Position numbers and translations under genes: made by a program. The notes under the pieces were generated by a model. It had not been told where the DNA came from and made no database searches. It saw nothing but the letters and a program-made list of their open reading frames with translations. Positions 47,627-56,947 of a DNA stretch of 64,000 nucleotides are shown here, in pieces. The stretch is taken from sequence record LC727697.1; one strand, 5' to 3'. The first letter of the stretch is position 1. Each line of letters begins with the position of its first letter.

Positions 47627-48334
47627 TTACAACTTAGCCTCTGTCAATACAGACACTATAAAGTCAACATCATCTTTATTTGCAATAAATTTCTTTTGCC
47701 ACCAGTCAAAATCTACAGCAGTTTGAATAAATTTTTCTTGTTCTTCATTTATTCTAACCCACAATTTATCAGAAGAAGATGCCAGATATAATACCCACGG
47801 ACTAAGCTTTCCTGATTTAATAAGATATACTGCCTCTACTGTATTAACTTTTTCAAAAAAATCTACAATATCTACATTATTTTCAGTACACCAAGTGCCC
47901 ATCTCGATTATAGTTCGTTCCAGTGCTTTTTGTGCAGGTTCTTTCTGAGTATATTCTTTAAGATATCTTACATATACATAGTCTTTTTTCCAATCAGACA
48001 GCGGTATAGCGTTCTTTATTATGAAATCTATGTATTCATCTGTGTTAATAGGATTAATATCTATTAGGTGTCTTCCAAATTTAACAAAATCTATATAAAA
48101 TTTACTATCAATAAATTCTCTAAAAGATTTAGGCGTTTTAGAAGAAGTAGTTAGTTCGTAGAATCGCTGAAATACCCTAAATCCCAGTCTAGACCCAACT
48201 GTGTCTTTTTCTGCAAACCTCTTCTTTTTAACACACAAATGAGCAGCTATTGTTCGTTCTGACTTAAATTCTTTACTACAAAACTCGCACTTTGCCATCG
48301 ATGTTGCCTTTTTATTTTTCTTAGATGCTTGCAT
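47627..48334 (-). CDS. Hypothetical protein with N-terminal zinc finger
   Basis: CEFC...HLC. Confidence 0.75.
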   Translation of the reverse strand: MQASKKNKKATSMAKCEFCSKEFKSERTIAAHLCVKKKRFAEKDTVGSRLGFRVFQRFYELTTSSKTPKSFREFIDSKFYIDFVKFGRHLIDINPINTDEYIDFIIKNAIPLSDWKKDYVYVRYLKEYTQKEPAQKALERTIIEMGTWCTENNVDIVDFFEKVNTVEAVYLIKSGKLSPWVLYLASSSDKLWVRINEEQEKFIQTAVDFDWWQKKFIANKDDVDFIVSVLTEAKL

Positions 48335-48347
48335 ATACTTACTAGAA

Positions 48348-48815
48348 TTATTTCTTCTTTAAAATATCTTTTATTTCTTTATCTTCATATCCGTAGGATA
48401 ACATAATATCCTTTAATTCTGCATCAGTGTACAAATCTGCAAGCATATCAATTTCATCATCTTTTGCGTTTGGATGAATTTTAAAAATAAATTCTTTCCT
48501 CGGATTCTTTTTTTTCTTTTTATTCGGGGCAATCCATTTACGTTGTTCTTTTCTTCCAGTTCCACACAACGACAATAGCATCCATTGCAATTTAGGATGC
48601 TTGTACATTAATGAAAAATCCACATTTACAATATCATTGGTCATTATAAGACCCCAATCTGCATTATCACCGATTATATTACTAGAATATCTCATTATAA
48701 TCCACGATGAAAATACTTTCTTCTGTTCATCAGTTAACTTGTCATAAAAATCTCTATCATTATAATCTAATGCTTGCAATTCCATCCAAAGCGGTAAAAT
48801 GCTTTCTTCTGCCAT
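48348..48815 (-). CDS. gp62: Clamp loader small subunit (gp62-like)
   Basis: FSSWIIMRYSS...HPKLQWMLL...RKWI pattern; replication-gene context. Confidence 0.7.
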   Translation of the reverse strand: MAEESILPLWMELQALDYNDRDFYDKLTDEQKKVFSSWIIMRYSSNIIGDNADWGLIMTNDIVNVDFSLMYKHPKLQWMLLSLCGTGRKEQRKWIAPNKKKKKNPRKEFIFKIHPNAKDDEIDMLADLYTDAELKDIMLSYGYEDKEIKDILKKK

Positions 48816-49318
48816 TATTTAAATAACTCTGCGATATCTATAGGATCAGGAATTTTATTCCCTTCTTTTACAAACAATGCACAATTCGGATTAGGTCCGT
48901 CTTCTAAAGGAATAACTAGGACAGCACCACTTTTTAATTTAGGGAAATACCACTTTACTTCAGTAAATACACTAGTTATTGTTATTTCAGAAGGAACAGG
49001 CACCATGTGTTTTAGTGGATTAAATACTATTGTATGAAACCCCCTGTCATTTAGACTAGTAAGAGGTACTACTTCCAAATCAGAATATTCTTCGTCGCAT
49101 ACTAGTATAGACCAATCTAACGGCATTTGTATACTGTACTTTCCTATCTTGAGTACAACTGCGGGAGAATAAAAACTTTCTAAAAATATAAGAGGCAAAA
49201 AGTAAAAATCTACATTAGATTTATCATTACAATCTAATATACAATACCGTATATCCTCTATGTCGTCTGGGACTCTATCTAATTCGTATGATTCATTTTC
49301 GGTTAATAAAATTTTCAA
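48815..49318 (-). CDS. Hypothetical protein
   Basis: 167-aa ORF, TAATG coupling. Confidence 0.75.
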   Translation of the reverse strand: MKILLTENESYELDRVPDDIEDIRYCILDCNDKSNVDFYFLPLIFLESFYSPAVVLKIGKYSIQMPLDWSILVCDEEYSDLEVVPLTSLNDRGFHTIVFNPLKHMVPVPSEITITSVFTEVKWYFPKLKSGAVLVIPLEDGPNPNCALFVKEGNKIPDPIDIAELFK

Positions 49319-49328
49319 AATTACACCT

Positions 49329-49580
49329 TTATTTGTATTTTTCTATTATAGCACAAAATTTTTCTTTGTCAAAGTCTCCGCTAATAATATTAAGAAATAC
49401 AGTTTCTAATGAACCGACATATACTACCCCTAACATGGTTTTACCATTTTTGATATATCTATAAAAATCAGGGGTAGGATACGAATGTACATATAATTCT
49501 GATTTTAATTTAAATAAGTTCGATTGTTCATTTAAATCTGCATCTAATTTTATATAAATTCCGTCTTGATAAAAATTCAT
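49329..49580 (-). CDS. Hypothetical protein
   Basis: 83-aa ORF in operon. Confidence 0.65.
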   Translation of the reverse strand: MNFYQDGIYIKLDADLNEQSNLFKLKSELYVHSYPTPDFYRYIKNGKTMLGVVYVGSLETVFLNIISGDFDKEKFCAIIEKYK

Positions 49581-49581
49581 A

Positions 49582-51033
49582 TTAATAATCTATTTTTTTC
49601 ACAGAAAATGGATATTCTGCTTCTTTATAGAATTTTTTCCTTTTAGTTAAATGCCTTGCAGAATATTTTGCAACAGAAGTAATATCAAATACAGATACAT
49701 AGTCTTTTCCGGGTGCCTTGCGTAGACCGCGACCGATAGACTGAATTACCCTAATAAAAGACTTTCCTGGTTCTAATAAATATACATTATGTATGTATGG
49801 TATATCAATACCAGTAGATGCAACCCCAAAGGTTGCTATAATAATTTTATCTGTATCTGATGTAACTGATTTATATTCAGTTCTTCTGTCTTTACTTTTT
49901 AAATCACCTTTAACAAAAGCAGCATTGGGTATATGCTTAAGAAGTTCTTCTCCGCTCGACAGCCTATCAACTAATACTAACGTATTACCTTCTTGAGATT
50001 TTATATGTTCGGCTAGCCATTTTAAACGAGTAGGGTCTGTAGTAAGAAATTTTAATTCGGCTGCATAGTTCGGATGCGAAGTATGATAATCGTTTAATTG
50101 TAGGACTTCTATGTGCAATTCACTAAGTATTCCTGCTTCTTGCAATTCTTTTGCTTTCACAGTTTTTGTAACAGGACCTATGCATGCAATAAGGGCAGCA
50201 GCGGCATGTTCCTCTTCCGGTATGGTTCCTGTCATAGCCCATCGAATGGGAACATTAGCAAATGTAGAAGTTAAATGTTCTTTTAATGATTGACCCTTAA
50301 TAGTATGTGCTTCATCGACTACTACTGCTACTACCCCTTCAATGAATTCTTCTAATGTTAATGCATTTTCGTCTGCTTTACTTTGTTTATAAATAGCTTC
50401 AATACTTTGCCAGGTAACTATAGTGTGAGTTTTGCCTAATTCTTTTCTATCTCCGAAATAAACGCCAGTATCTAATCCGAAGTTTTTAAAATCCCGTTCT
50501 GTTTGGGTAACTAAGTCTTTAGATGGAACAATTGTTATTGTTCTTCCATACTTTTCTACTTTATGTGCTAATGCAGCAGTAACTAATGTTTTTCCAAAAC
50601 CAGTAGGCAATGTTGCTATACTCTGTGTATTAGCTAAGTAATTATTCACTGCCTCTACTTGATAATCCCGTAGAACAATATTCTGCCCTTCATATTGATG
50701 TCCTACAGGCCAAGTAATATGAGAATATGAGTTAGCATCTATTGGTTCAAAATTACACGAAAACGGTTGTCTATTATCTTCTATGGTTATATAATAACCA
50801 CTATTTTCTACAATAGGAATAAGTATATCTAAAAAATTAAGATACGAACGTCCGGCTATATCACAATATCTAATACATCCATCCCATCTACCTAACTTGT
50901 ATGCAGGTTGGTGTCTTGCATGAGGTAAAAAGAATTTTAACGAATCAGATAGTTTTCTACGAGTGTTTATATCAAGTCCAGTAAATGCAATATTTACTTC
51001 ATCTTTTATTACTAATTTGCAATCCTTTGCCAT
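49582..51033 (-). CDS. uvsW: UvsW-like SF2 helicase
   Basis: LRDYQ, PTGFGKT, VDEAH, TGT, GIDIP, QSIGRGLR. Confidence 0.95.
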   Translation of the reverse strand: MAKDCKLVIKDEVNIAFTGLDINTRRKLSDSLKFFLPHARHQPAYKLGRWDGCIRYCDIAGRSYLNFLDILIPIVENSGYYITIEDNRQPFSCNFEPIDANSYSHITWPVGHQYEGQNIVLRDYQVEAVNNYLANTQSIATLPTGFGKTLVTAALAHKVEKYGRTITIVPSKDLVTQTERDFKNFGLDTGVYFGDRKELGKTHTIVTWQSIEAIYKQSKADENALTLEEFIEGVVAVVVDEAHTIKGQSLKEHLTSTFANVPIRWAMTGTIPEEEHAAAALIACIGPVTKTVKAKELQEAGILSELHIEVLQLNDYHTSHPNYAAELKFLTTDPTRLKWLAEHIKSQEGNTLVLVDRLSSGEELLKHIPNAAFVKGDLKSKDRRTEYKSVTSDTDKIIIATFGVASTGIDIPYIHNVYLLEPGKSFIRVIQSIGRGLRKAPGKDYVSVFDITSVAKYSARHLTKRKKFYKEAEYPFSVKKIDY

Positions 51034-51045
51034 TACGAATCCTAT

Positions 51046-51510
51046 TTAAATTTGTGCGTCGTCTAGTCCTGCACAACGAAGTTTAACTATGTGGCCTACC
51101 ATCCAATTCTTAGAATCTAAACCCTTCATTAGCGAAAGATATTTGTTTCTTAGCAATGCAACTTCATTAACTAATATTGCCCTGTTTACTACAAGTGGAT
51201 CTCCTTCTGCATATTTCTCTGCATCCCTAGAAGAAAGTGCTTTAGGAAACTGCTGTAGATAAAATTTGAATCTGTCGCTTTTTTCTTGTTTATACTGAAT
51301 ATTAAGTAATTCTAGTACAGCTTCAATTTCTTGAAGCTGTGCAAATCTATTCTCTACTATACCCGGCAACTCTGCGCAATGTTTCTCTAACGTTTTACCC
51401 TTTAAAGACATTTCTGTAGACTTAGAAATATCTATTTCCTTTTCGAAAAAAGAAATGAAATCGGGTATCTTAGATAAATCTGCATAGACAATGTTATACC
51501 AATTGTTCAT
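51046..51510 (-). CDS. uvsY: UvsY recombination mediator
   Basis: ALSSRDAEKYAEGD...LMKGLDSK; start moved to ATG 51510. Confidence 0.85.
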   Translation of the reverse strand: MNNWYNIVYADLSKIPDFISFFEKEIDISKSTEMSLKGKTLEKHCAELPGIVENRFAQLQEIEAVLELLNIQYKQEKSDRFKFYLQQFPKALSSRDAEKYAEGDPLVVNRAILVNEVALLRNKYLSLMKGLDSKNWMVGHIVKLRCAGLDDAQI

Positions 51511-51820
51511 TTTCTTTTCCAGCAAGTGCAATCCTAATTACTTTTAAAAATAAATGAGCTCGTTGAGATTTTGACGGTATTCTTCGTTTTAGTCTAAATT
51601 GACTAATAGGAATATTAAATGAATCGGAACATAGTATATGTAGGTTATTAATATTTTCAGGTTGTATTACCCATATAACCGCATTCATATCTTTTGTTAC
51701 CATATCTAACAATTTGTCTAATTGTTCTATGACAGCATCTTTATTTTTGGATGTTATATTGGCTTTCAACGACGATACAGTTGATAGAAATTCGTCACTA
51801 AATTCTAAATTAGTCGTCAT
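51494..51820 (-). CDS. Hypothetical protein
   Basis: ORF coupled to neighbours. Confidence 0.6.
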   Translation of the reverse strand: MTTNLEFSDEFLSTVSSLKANITSKNKDAVIEQLDKLLDMVTKDMNAVIWVIQPENINNLHILCSDSFNIPISQFRLKRRIPSKSQRAHLFLKVIRIALAGKENEQLV

Positions 51821-52010
51821 CTGCTTCACCTAAATGTGTTTTTGCTGCTATTTTAAGTTCTTTTTCAAACATTTGAATATCTACATCAAGCATTCCGTAT
51901 TCATCTAAAACTTCTATAAACGCATCCGCTGCATGAATGCGCTCAGATGACTTAATATATGGTCGCACGGCAGCCCAAATTTCATTTATTGCTTCAACAT
52001 CTGTAATCAT
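51810..52010 (-). CDS. Small acidic hypothetical protein
   Basis: 66-aa ORF, ATGA overlap. Confidence 0.7.
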   Translation of the reverse strand: MITDVEAINEIWAAVRPYIKSSERIHAADAFIEVLDEYGMLDVDIQMFEKELKIAAKTHLGEADDD

Positions 52011-53842
52011 TTATTAACCTTATATTGCAATTTTAAATGGCCAGCATCGTATACTCGATAAAATCCATTATTTTTCATATTCTCTTCTTCTGTTAATGAT
52101 TTATCGAAATCTGATAAAATGTTTTTCAACTTGTGTTTCATAAATTTTTGCCTATTAAGCCTTTTTGAAAAATCCTCTTTACTCACATAAGTGTAATTAA
52201 AATCAGTCTCATACAGTATATCAAACCCATTGTTTACATATACATTATTTGTCGGATTCGACCATCTGAGATCAGCATATGTGTTTATAACATCTATTTT
52301 GTTATTATTAATACAATATTTCAACAACTTAGAAAATCCGCCGATCACGTGCATAGAAGATGCATATCTAACTAGTTCTGTACATTTCTTCTTTTTAAGA
52401 AAAGACATAGCACAAACTAATTCATTATCATAATATAATCCATATGCATACGAGGATGCAGAATCTTCTTGTATGTGATATTTTTTAAAGAAATTTCGTT
52501 TGTCTGCTACCGATATTTCTTTAACTATACAATTCCTTGCATAACATTTATTATTAGATTTTCCTAAAATGTGCGCTAATTTTCTCTTTACTAGTTCTTT
52601 CTTATGAATAAATTCATCTTCAAAAATTTGTATTAAACGAATACCTTTTTGTTTACATATGCTATATTTTTCTCTATGCTTTGTTACATTTCCTTCTGTT
52701 CGTGTGCTATGAAAATATAATCCGTTGTATTCTATTCCTATGTTAAGTTCGGGAATAAAAATATCAATTTCTCGCGGAAATATAATAGTACGATCATTGT
52801 CGATTACATTAAATCCCAATGAACGCACATATTCAGATATTTCTGCATGACCAGAAGAAATATTTCCCTTTGTATATTTTATACCTTCTTCTATTAACTT
52901 TTCAGTAATAGATGTTATTTCGTATTTTTCACATAAAGCAGCTAATGTATAACCGTTGTCTATTAATTTAACAACTTCTTCTTTTATATCATTCCAAATC
53001 AAATCAATTTTTTTAATCGGTTCTCGTGTTTTCCATCCGTTATCTGCCATTATTTTCCATATGGTGTATTGACATACTCCCAATTTTTCTGCTATTTGGT
53101 ATGTAGTCATACATTCATCATAATACATCCGATAAATTTCTGATTCTTTACCACTTAATATAGAATGTTTCGGTTTTGTAAAATACTGTATATTGTATTC
53201 TTTTATAACGCTTTCTACATAAGTTCTAGAAATTCCGTATTCATTTATTATATCAACAATAGATTTAATTTTTAATTCTTCTGCTAGAGTTTCTCTAGAT
53301 ATTTTATCTTGTTGATGTTTTACAGCAGGTGGCAACGAATTAGTATAATCGATTTTTAAATGTGTTAAATGATGTTTTAGTTCTTCAAAATTAAAGTTAT
53401 AATTATTTTTTATCCAACTAATTGTTCGTCTTTCGTTATATACTAAGTGTTCGAAAAAGTCTTTAGTAAAATCTTCAGGCTTTTTTGTTTTACGCTTCTT
53501 GTTAGTAGCAGTATATAGACACTTTTCGATTGGTATTCCGTAATCATTAAACACTTGTTTTAAATGAAGTTCATTAATCTTATAAGTCTTTCTTATTTCA
53601 TTAAATGATTGTTTTTTAATTACATGTAAGTCAAATAACAACTCCTTTGAAACAAGTTTTTTAAATTTCAAAATTTTTATATCAGTTTCTTGCAACGGTA
53701 GACGATTCGTTTCATCTCTTATGATGGTTTTAATGACATCATAAGAGACTCCGTATATTTGCTTTAATTCAGATACAGATTTTAAATCATCGAAGTGTAA
53801 TTTGATAATATTAATACGATCTGTTTCGCATAATTTATTCAT
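52007..53842 (-). CDS. Hef-like free-standing homing endonuclease with N-terminal HTH repeats
   Basis: About 6 HTH-like repeats; EIDIFIPELNIGIEYNGLYFH; C-terminal YARNC...ELVRY...ADLRWS...VYDAG. Confidence 0.8.
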   Translation of the reverse strand: MNKLCETDRINIIKLHFDDLKSVSELKQIYGVSYDVIKTIIRDETNRLPLQETDIKILKFKKLVSKELLFDLHVIKKQSFNEIRKTYKINELHLKQVFNDYGIPIEKCLYTATNKKRKTKKPEDFTKDFFEHLVYNERRTISWIKNNYNFNFEELKHHLTHLKIDYTNSLPPAVKHQQDKISRETLAEELKIKSIVDIINEYGISRTYVESVIKEYNIQYFTKPKHSILSGKESEIYRMYYDECMTTYQIAEKLGVCQYTIWKIMADNGWKTREPIKKIDLIWNDIKEEVVKLIDNGYTLAALCEKYEITSITEKLIEEGIKYTKGNISSGHAEISEYVRSLGFNVIDNDRTIIFPREIDIFIPELNIGIEYNGLYFHSTRTEGNVTKHREKYSICKQKGIRLIQIFEDEFIHKKELVKRKLAHILGKSNNKCYARNCIVKEISVADKRNFFKKYHIQEDSASSYAYGLYYDNELVCAMSFLKKKKCTELVRYASSMHVIGGFSKLLKYCINNNKIDVINTYADLRWSNPTNNVYVNNGFDILYETDFNYTYVSKEDFSKRLNRQKFMKHKLKNILSDFDKSLTEEENMKNNGFYRVYDAGHLKLQYKVNK

Positions 53843-55106
53843 CGAACTCTTCTAAATGACCCTCTTCCACTTCTACGACATTGCCTAGGTCTTCGTCTGT
53901 AAATTCATTCATAATTACTTTTAGTTTATCGTAATCATTCCATTCTTTCCTATAATACAGCATTTCGGTACCATCTTTGGTTATGTACTTATATCTATTG
54001 CCTTGTTTTACAAGTTTACCTGTTTTTTCAAACAAGTCAAATAGACCCGATATTGGACTCATACCTGTATCATATGGAATATTTACTTTTACTGTCTCAA
54101 ACGGCTTTGCATATCGAGATTTCACAACTTTACATACTGCACGAATGCCAGCTACTTCAGAAATTTTATTACCTGCTTCGTCTTCTTTTAATTTTAACTT
54201 TTGCATTGCCACTACAATTGACGCCGCATAGACTGCGCCGCTGCCACCCGAAATTACAGCGTCAGGCTGAAATAAATCTTGAGATGCATATGTATGGTTA
54301 GTACAAACAAGGCCTATGTCTAAGTTGCCGAACATATTTGTACAGTTAGAAATCAATGCTTTTAATTGTTTTGCTTTCCTGCCCATATCTCCTTTCATAT
54401 CACCATTTTGAAATTGTGCAGTTTCCGTTGGTGTCAATAACATTCCGAGCGAGTCAATAACAAAAAGCACCTTTGGTCGATCATTGTTAGGTAGTTCGGC
54501 ATAATTAGTCTTGTAATCTTTAACAAAATCACTAATAATTTTTGCTACATCATCTATCATCGATACAGAGATGCGTAACATTTTTTCCGGTCCGGTGTCT
54601 ACACCTAGTGCATGTAGCCAAGATTCGTCGAGTGCATTTTCTGAATCAAGTAATACAACAAAAATTCCCTTTTCTTGTGCATCTTTTACAATGTTTCCTG
54701 ATACTATATACGATTTGCCACTATTGTGAGAAGAGAATCCATCACCATAGTAACGATGATTTTCGTGGAGTATTTCGAAATCGAAACATTCTTCGATGCC
54801 ACTTTCAGTTACAGAACTAATTGTTGAGACACCGTTTACAGTAAGCACTTGTTGGCCTTCGTACAAGTCTTTTGCAAGTGTCCAAAAAGTTTCCGATCCG
54901 TCTACCACTTCGATCATATGGTTTACTGCACATCTAGTAACTAACCCATCCTGCGTTTCTACCGTCACCATACTAAGAGGGCCTTTATCGAACCAAGATC
55001 CCAGTTTTTGCCAGCCATCTGGTGTGTCTAACTCAATTTCGTATTCATTACTACTGTAGAGAGACTTCAGTTCACTAACTGTTACTTCCTTTTCGATGTA
55101 TTCCAT
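53835..55106 (-). CDS. uvsX: C-intein (128 aa) fused to the UvsX/RecA C-terminal part
   Basis: Hint blocks (CAVNH, CFDF, SHN), then SGKS, DSENALD, IDSLG, KGDMG, TNH, KSRY. Confidence 0.93.
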   Translation of the reverse strand: MEYIEKEVTVSELKSLYSSNEYEIELDTPDGWQKLGSWFDKGPLSMVTVETQDGLVTRCAVNHMIEVVDGSETFWTLAKDLYEGQQVLTVNGVSTISSVTESGIEECFDFEILHENHRYYGDGFSSHNSGKSYIVSGNIVKDAQEKGIFVVLLDSENALDESWLHALGVDTGPEKMLRISVSMIDDVAKIISDFVKDYKTNYAELPNNDRPKVLFVIDSLGMLLTPTETAQFQNGDMKGDMGRKAKQLKALISNCTNMFGNLDIGLVCTNHTYASQDLFQPDAVISGGSGAVYAASIVVAMQKLKLKEDEAGNKISEVAGIRAVCKVVKSRYAKPFETVKVNIPYDTGMSPISGLFDLFEKTGKLVKQGNRYKYITKDGTEMLYYRKEWNDYDKLKVIMNEFTDEDLGNVVEVEEGHLEEFDE

Positions 55107-55109
55107 TTA

Positions 55110-56543
55110 TTAAAATTTCCTTTTATTATTTAAAATATTAACTAAATTTTTAATTGTTTCTTTCGGATTCTTCCTAAAGTCCTTTTCCCAAACTACTATA
55201 AAATCACTAACCAAATCAGATGATCTAATTAACGTTTCTCTGTAAATGTCCGATTCTCTTATTTCTTTAGCAGTTTTTCCATATATCAGTGTGTCATCAG
55301 TATATGTACTATCTGCATGCCAAAAGTTTCCATAAAATTCGATTACTGTTTTGCTTTTAGAATCATAGAAATCTACTATTTTCCCCATAACAGGGTATTC
55401 GTAGTTTAGTTCAGAAAAGTAAACTCCATCGGTATCGATATCCTCGGCAATTCCCCAAAATAGTTCTTGAGATACTTTAGAAGAATTATTTCGTTTCTTA
55501 AAAAAATCAACGCTTTGCTTAAATGCAATATCATAATCGCAATTTGTCCTTGCCATTATCCCTTCCGGGCTGTGAGTTTTTTTAAGGTTTATCAAAGATT
55601 TCTCCTCGTCTGTTTTAAGACTCATTGTAGTCATCCACGATTCTATTCTTCGATCACGCTCTTCTTGAGATACATTTTTCCAAGTATTCTGTATATTAGA
55701 TACTTTCCCTTTTGCCTCTTCTTCGCTATACCCGTTTTTAATCCAATATGCAACTGATCGAACAGAGTATTCGCTAGTGCCTTTTAGTTTTTTGGAAGAC
55801 ATGGCACTTGCTTTCTGTTGATGTTCGTTTATCTTCACTAATGCAGTATCTTCATCAAACCCCTTTGCCATCCAATATTGTATCGAAGTAGGCAAATAGT
55901 TTCTCTTTACCGCAGATACAGATGAATGTGTGCTTTTTCCGACAGATTTACCATACCGTAATACGCTAGCATATAAAGACGTACTAGATCCCAGTTTCAT
56001 CAGTCTTTTCATTCTTCCTGCATAATTAGTCAAATCTAACTTAATAAAAAACGAAATTGTCTTTTTATAAAACTCCAACCTTTCTGGTGTATACACACTA
56101 AGCAATAATGATAAACGTTTCTTTTGCTTATCAGTCATCTGGTTATAATACACACCATTATTGGAAAAGTCTTTATTACGTGTTATAAATGCCTCTTCCA
56201 CTGTCATTCCTTTACGGAATGCAGTTTTATATCTATTACTGATTAGTAAATTAACAGATTCGAGGAAGTCTTTTCCAAAAATATAAGAAATACTGTCTTG
56301 AGTTTTTGTACTAATACCATCTGTTCTGAGCTGATAGTATCTGTTATATGCATCATATAAGTCGGGAACTTTCACAGTTATCATAGTTAATATCATACGC
56401 TGAGATGCAGAATCCACTTTGCTCTTAGCAGAATCTTCTATCTTACGTATATCAGAAATGTACTTTTCTGATATCGTTACTATGTTTAACTCATTACATA
56501 GCTTCTTAAAGTTTTTTGTAGAAAGAACATTGTAATTTCCCAT
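55110..56543 (-). CDS. Free-standing Vsr-like/PD-(D/E)XK homing endonuclease
   Basis: Two YWxxxGxxEExA repeats; VDFYD...IEFYGNFWH...VVWE catalytic domain. Confidence 0.8.
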   Translation of the reverse strand: MGNYNVLSTKNFKKLCNELNIVTISEKYISDIRKIEDSAKSKVDSASQRMILTMITVKVPDLYDAYNRYYQLRTDGISTKTQDSISYIFGKDFLESVNLLISNRYKTAFRKGMTVEEAFITRNKDFSNNGVYYNQMTDKQKKRLSLLLSVYTPERLEFYKKTISFFIKLDLTNYAGRMKRLMKLGSSTSLYASVLRYGKSVGKSTHSSVSAVKRNYLPTSIQYWMAKGFDEDTALVKINEHQQKASAMSSKKLKGTSEYSVRSVAYWIKNGYSEEEAKGKVSNIQNTWKNVSQEERDRRIESWMTTMSLKTDEEKSLINLKKTHSPEGIMARTNCDYDIAFKQSVDFFKKRNNSSKVSQELFWGIAEDIDTDGVYFSELNYEYPVMGKIVDFYDSKSKTVIEFYGNFWHADSTYTDDTLIYGKTAKEIRESDIYRETLIRSSDLVSDFIVVWEKDFRKNPKETIKNLVNILNNKRKF

Positions 56544-56546
56544 AAA

Positions 56547-56586
56547 GTCTCCGTTTTAGATAAAAGTATTTATCCTCGACGGAGAC
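56547..56586 (-). promoter_or_regulatory. Late promoter inside an RBS-sequestering hairpin
   Basis: GTCTCCGT/ACGGAGAC outer stem, GATAAA/TTTATC inner stem, ATAAATA at 56573-56567. Confidence 0.8.
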
Positions 56587-56595
56587 ACTGGACAG

Positions 56596-56841
56596 TTAAG
56601 ATTGCTTCTTAGATAGTCTAATTTTCACTTTAGCAGTTTCAGGCAAACAACCCGACTCGCCAGCAAACATAGTTACTTTACCCATAGGTACGCCTTTATT
56701 AAAGTCGCTACTAATGAGATAATTAAGAGTATAGTTGCCGGTACTAATCCAAATAGTTGGGTCATTAAATCCTGTACTAATGCCAGTGATACTTTTAGTA
56801 ATATCTTTTCTAAATTTAGAAATATCGAATGGTTTTGTCAT
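56596..56841 (-). CDS. uvsX: UvsX/RecA N-terminal part fused to a 17-aa N-intein
   Basis: WISTGNYTLNYLISS...GKVTMFAGESG|CLPETAKVKIRLSKKQS-stop. Confidence 0.93.
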   Translation of the reverse strand: MTKPFDISKFRKDITKSITGISTGFNDPTIWISTGNYTLNYLISSDFNKGVPMGKVTMFAGESGCLPETAKVKIRLSKKQS

Positions 56842-56917
56842 AAAATGTCCTTTTTATAATACTGCCGTCCTTCCAACATTGTAGTTGTACTTTTTGGCTA
56901 TTTTAGGTTATATTAAA

Positions 56918-56942
56918 GAGAGGGGATCAGCGATCCCCTCTC
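56918..56942 (-). terminator. Terminator after gp32
   Basis: GAGAGGGGATC / GATCCCCTCTC, then TTT. Confidence 0.8.
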
Positions 56943-56947
56943 CCTAT

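Larger units (their letters stand above)
54723..56649 (-). mobile_element. Naturally split intein plus intervening endonuclease gene in uvsX
   Basis: Cys1 at 56647-56649 after GESG; His-Asn at 54728-54723 followed by Ser; splicing restores Walker A GESGSGKS. Confidence 0.9.

Noticed and set aside
47629-47657. TTGACA upstream of the dnaE C-half as a separate promoter
   Set aside because: No -10 box at 16-18 nt spacing
55107-56598. Group I intron or frameshifted contiguous intein as the explanation for the uvsX break
   Set aside because: The space is almost fully coding, with no room for an intron core; each part has its own stop, RBS and start
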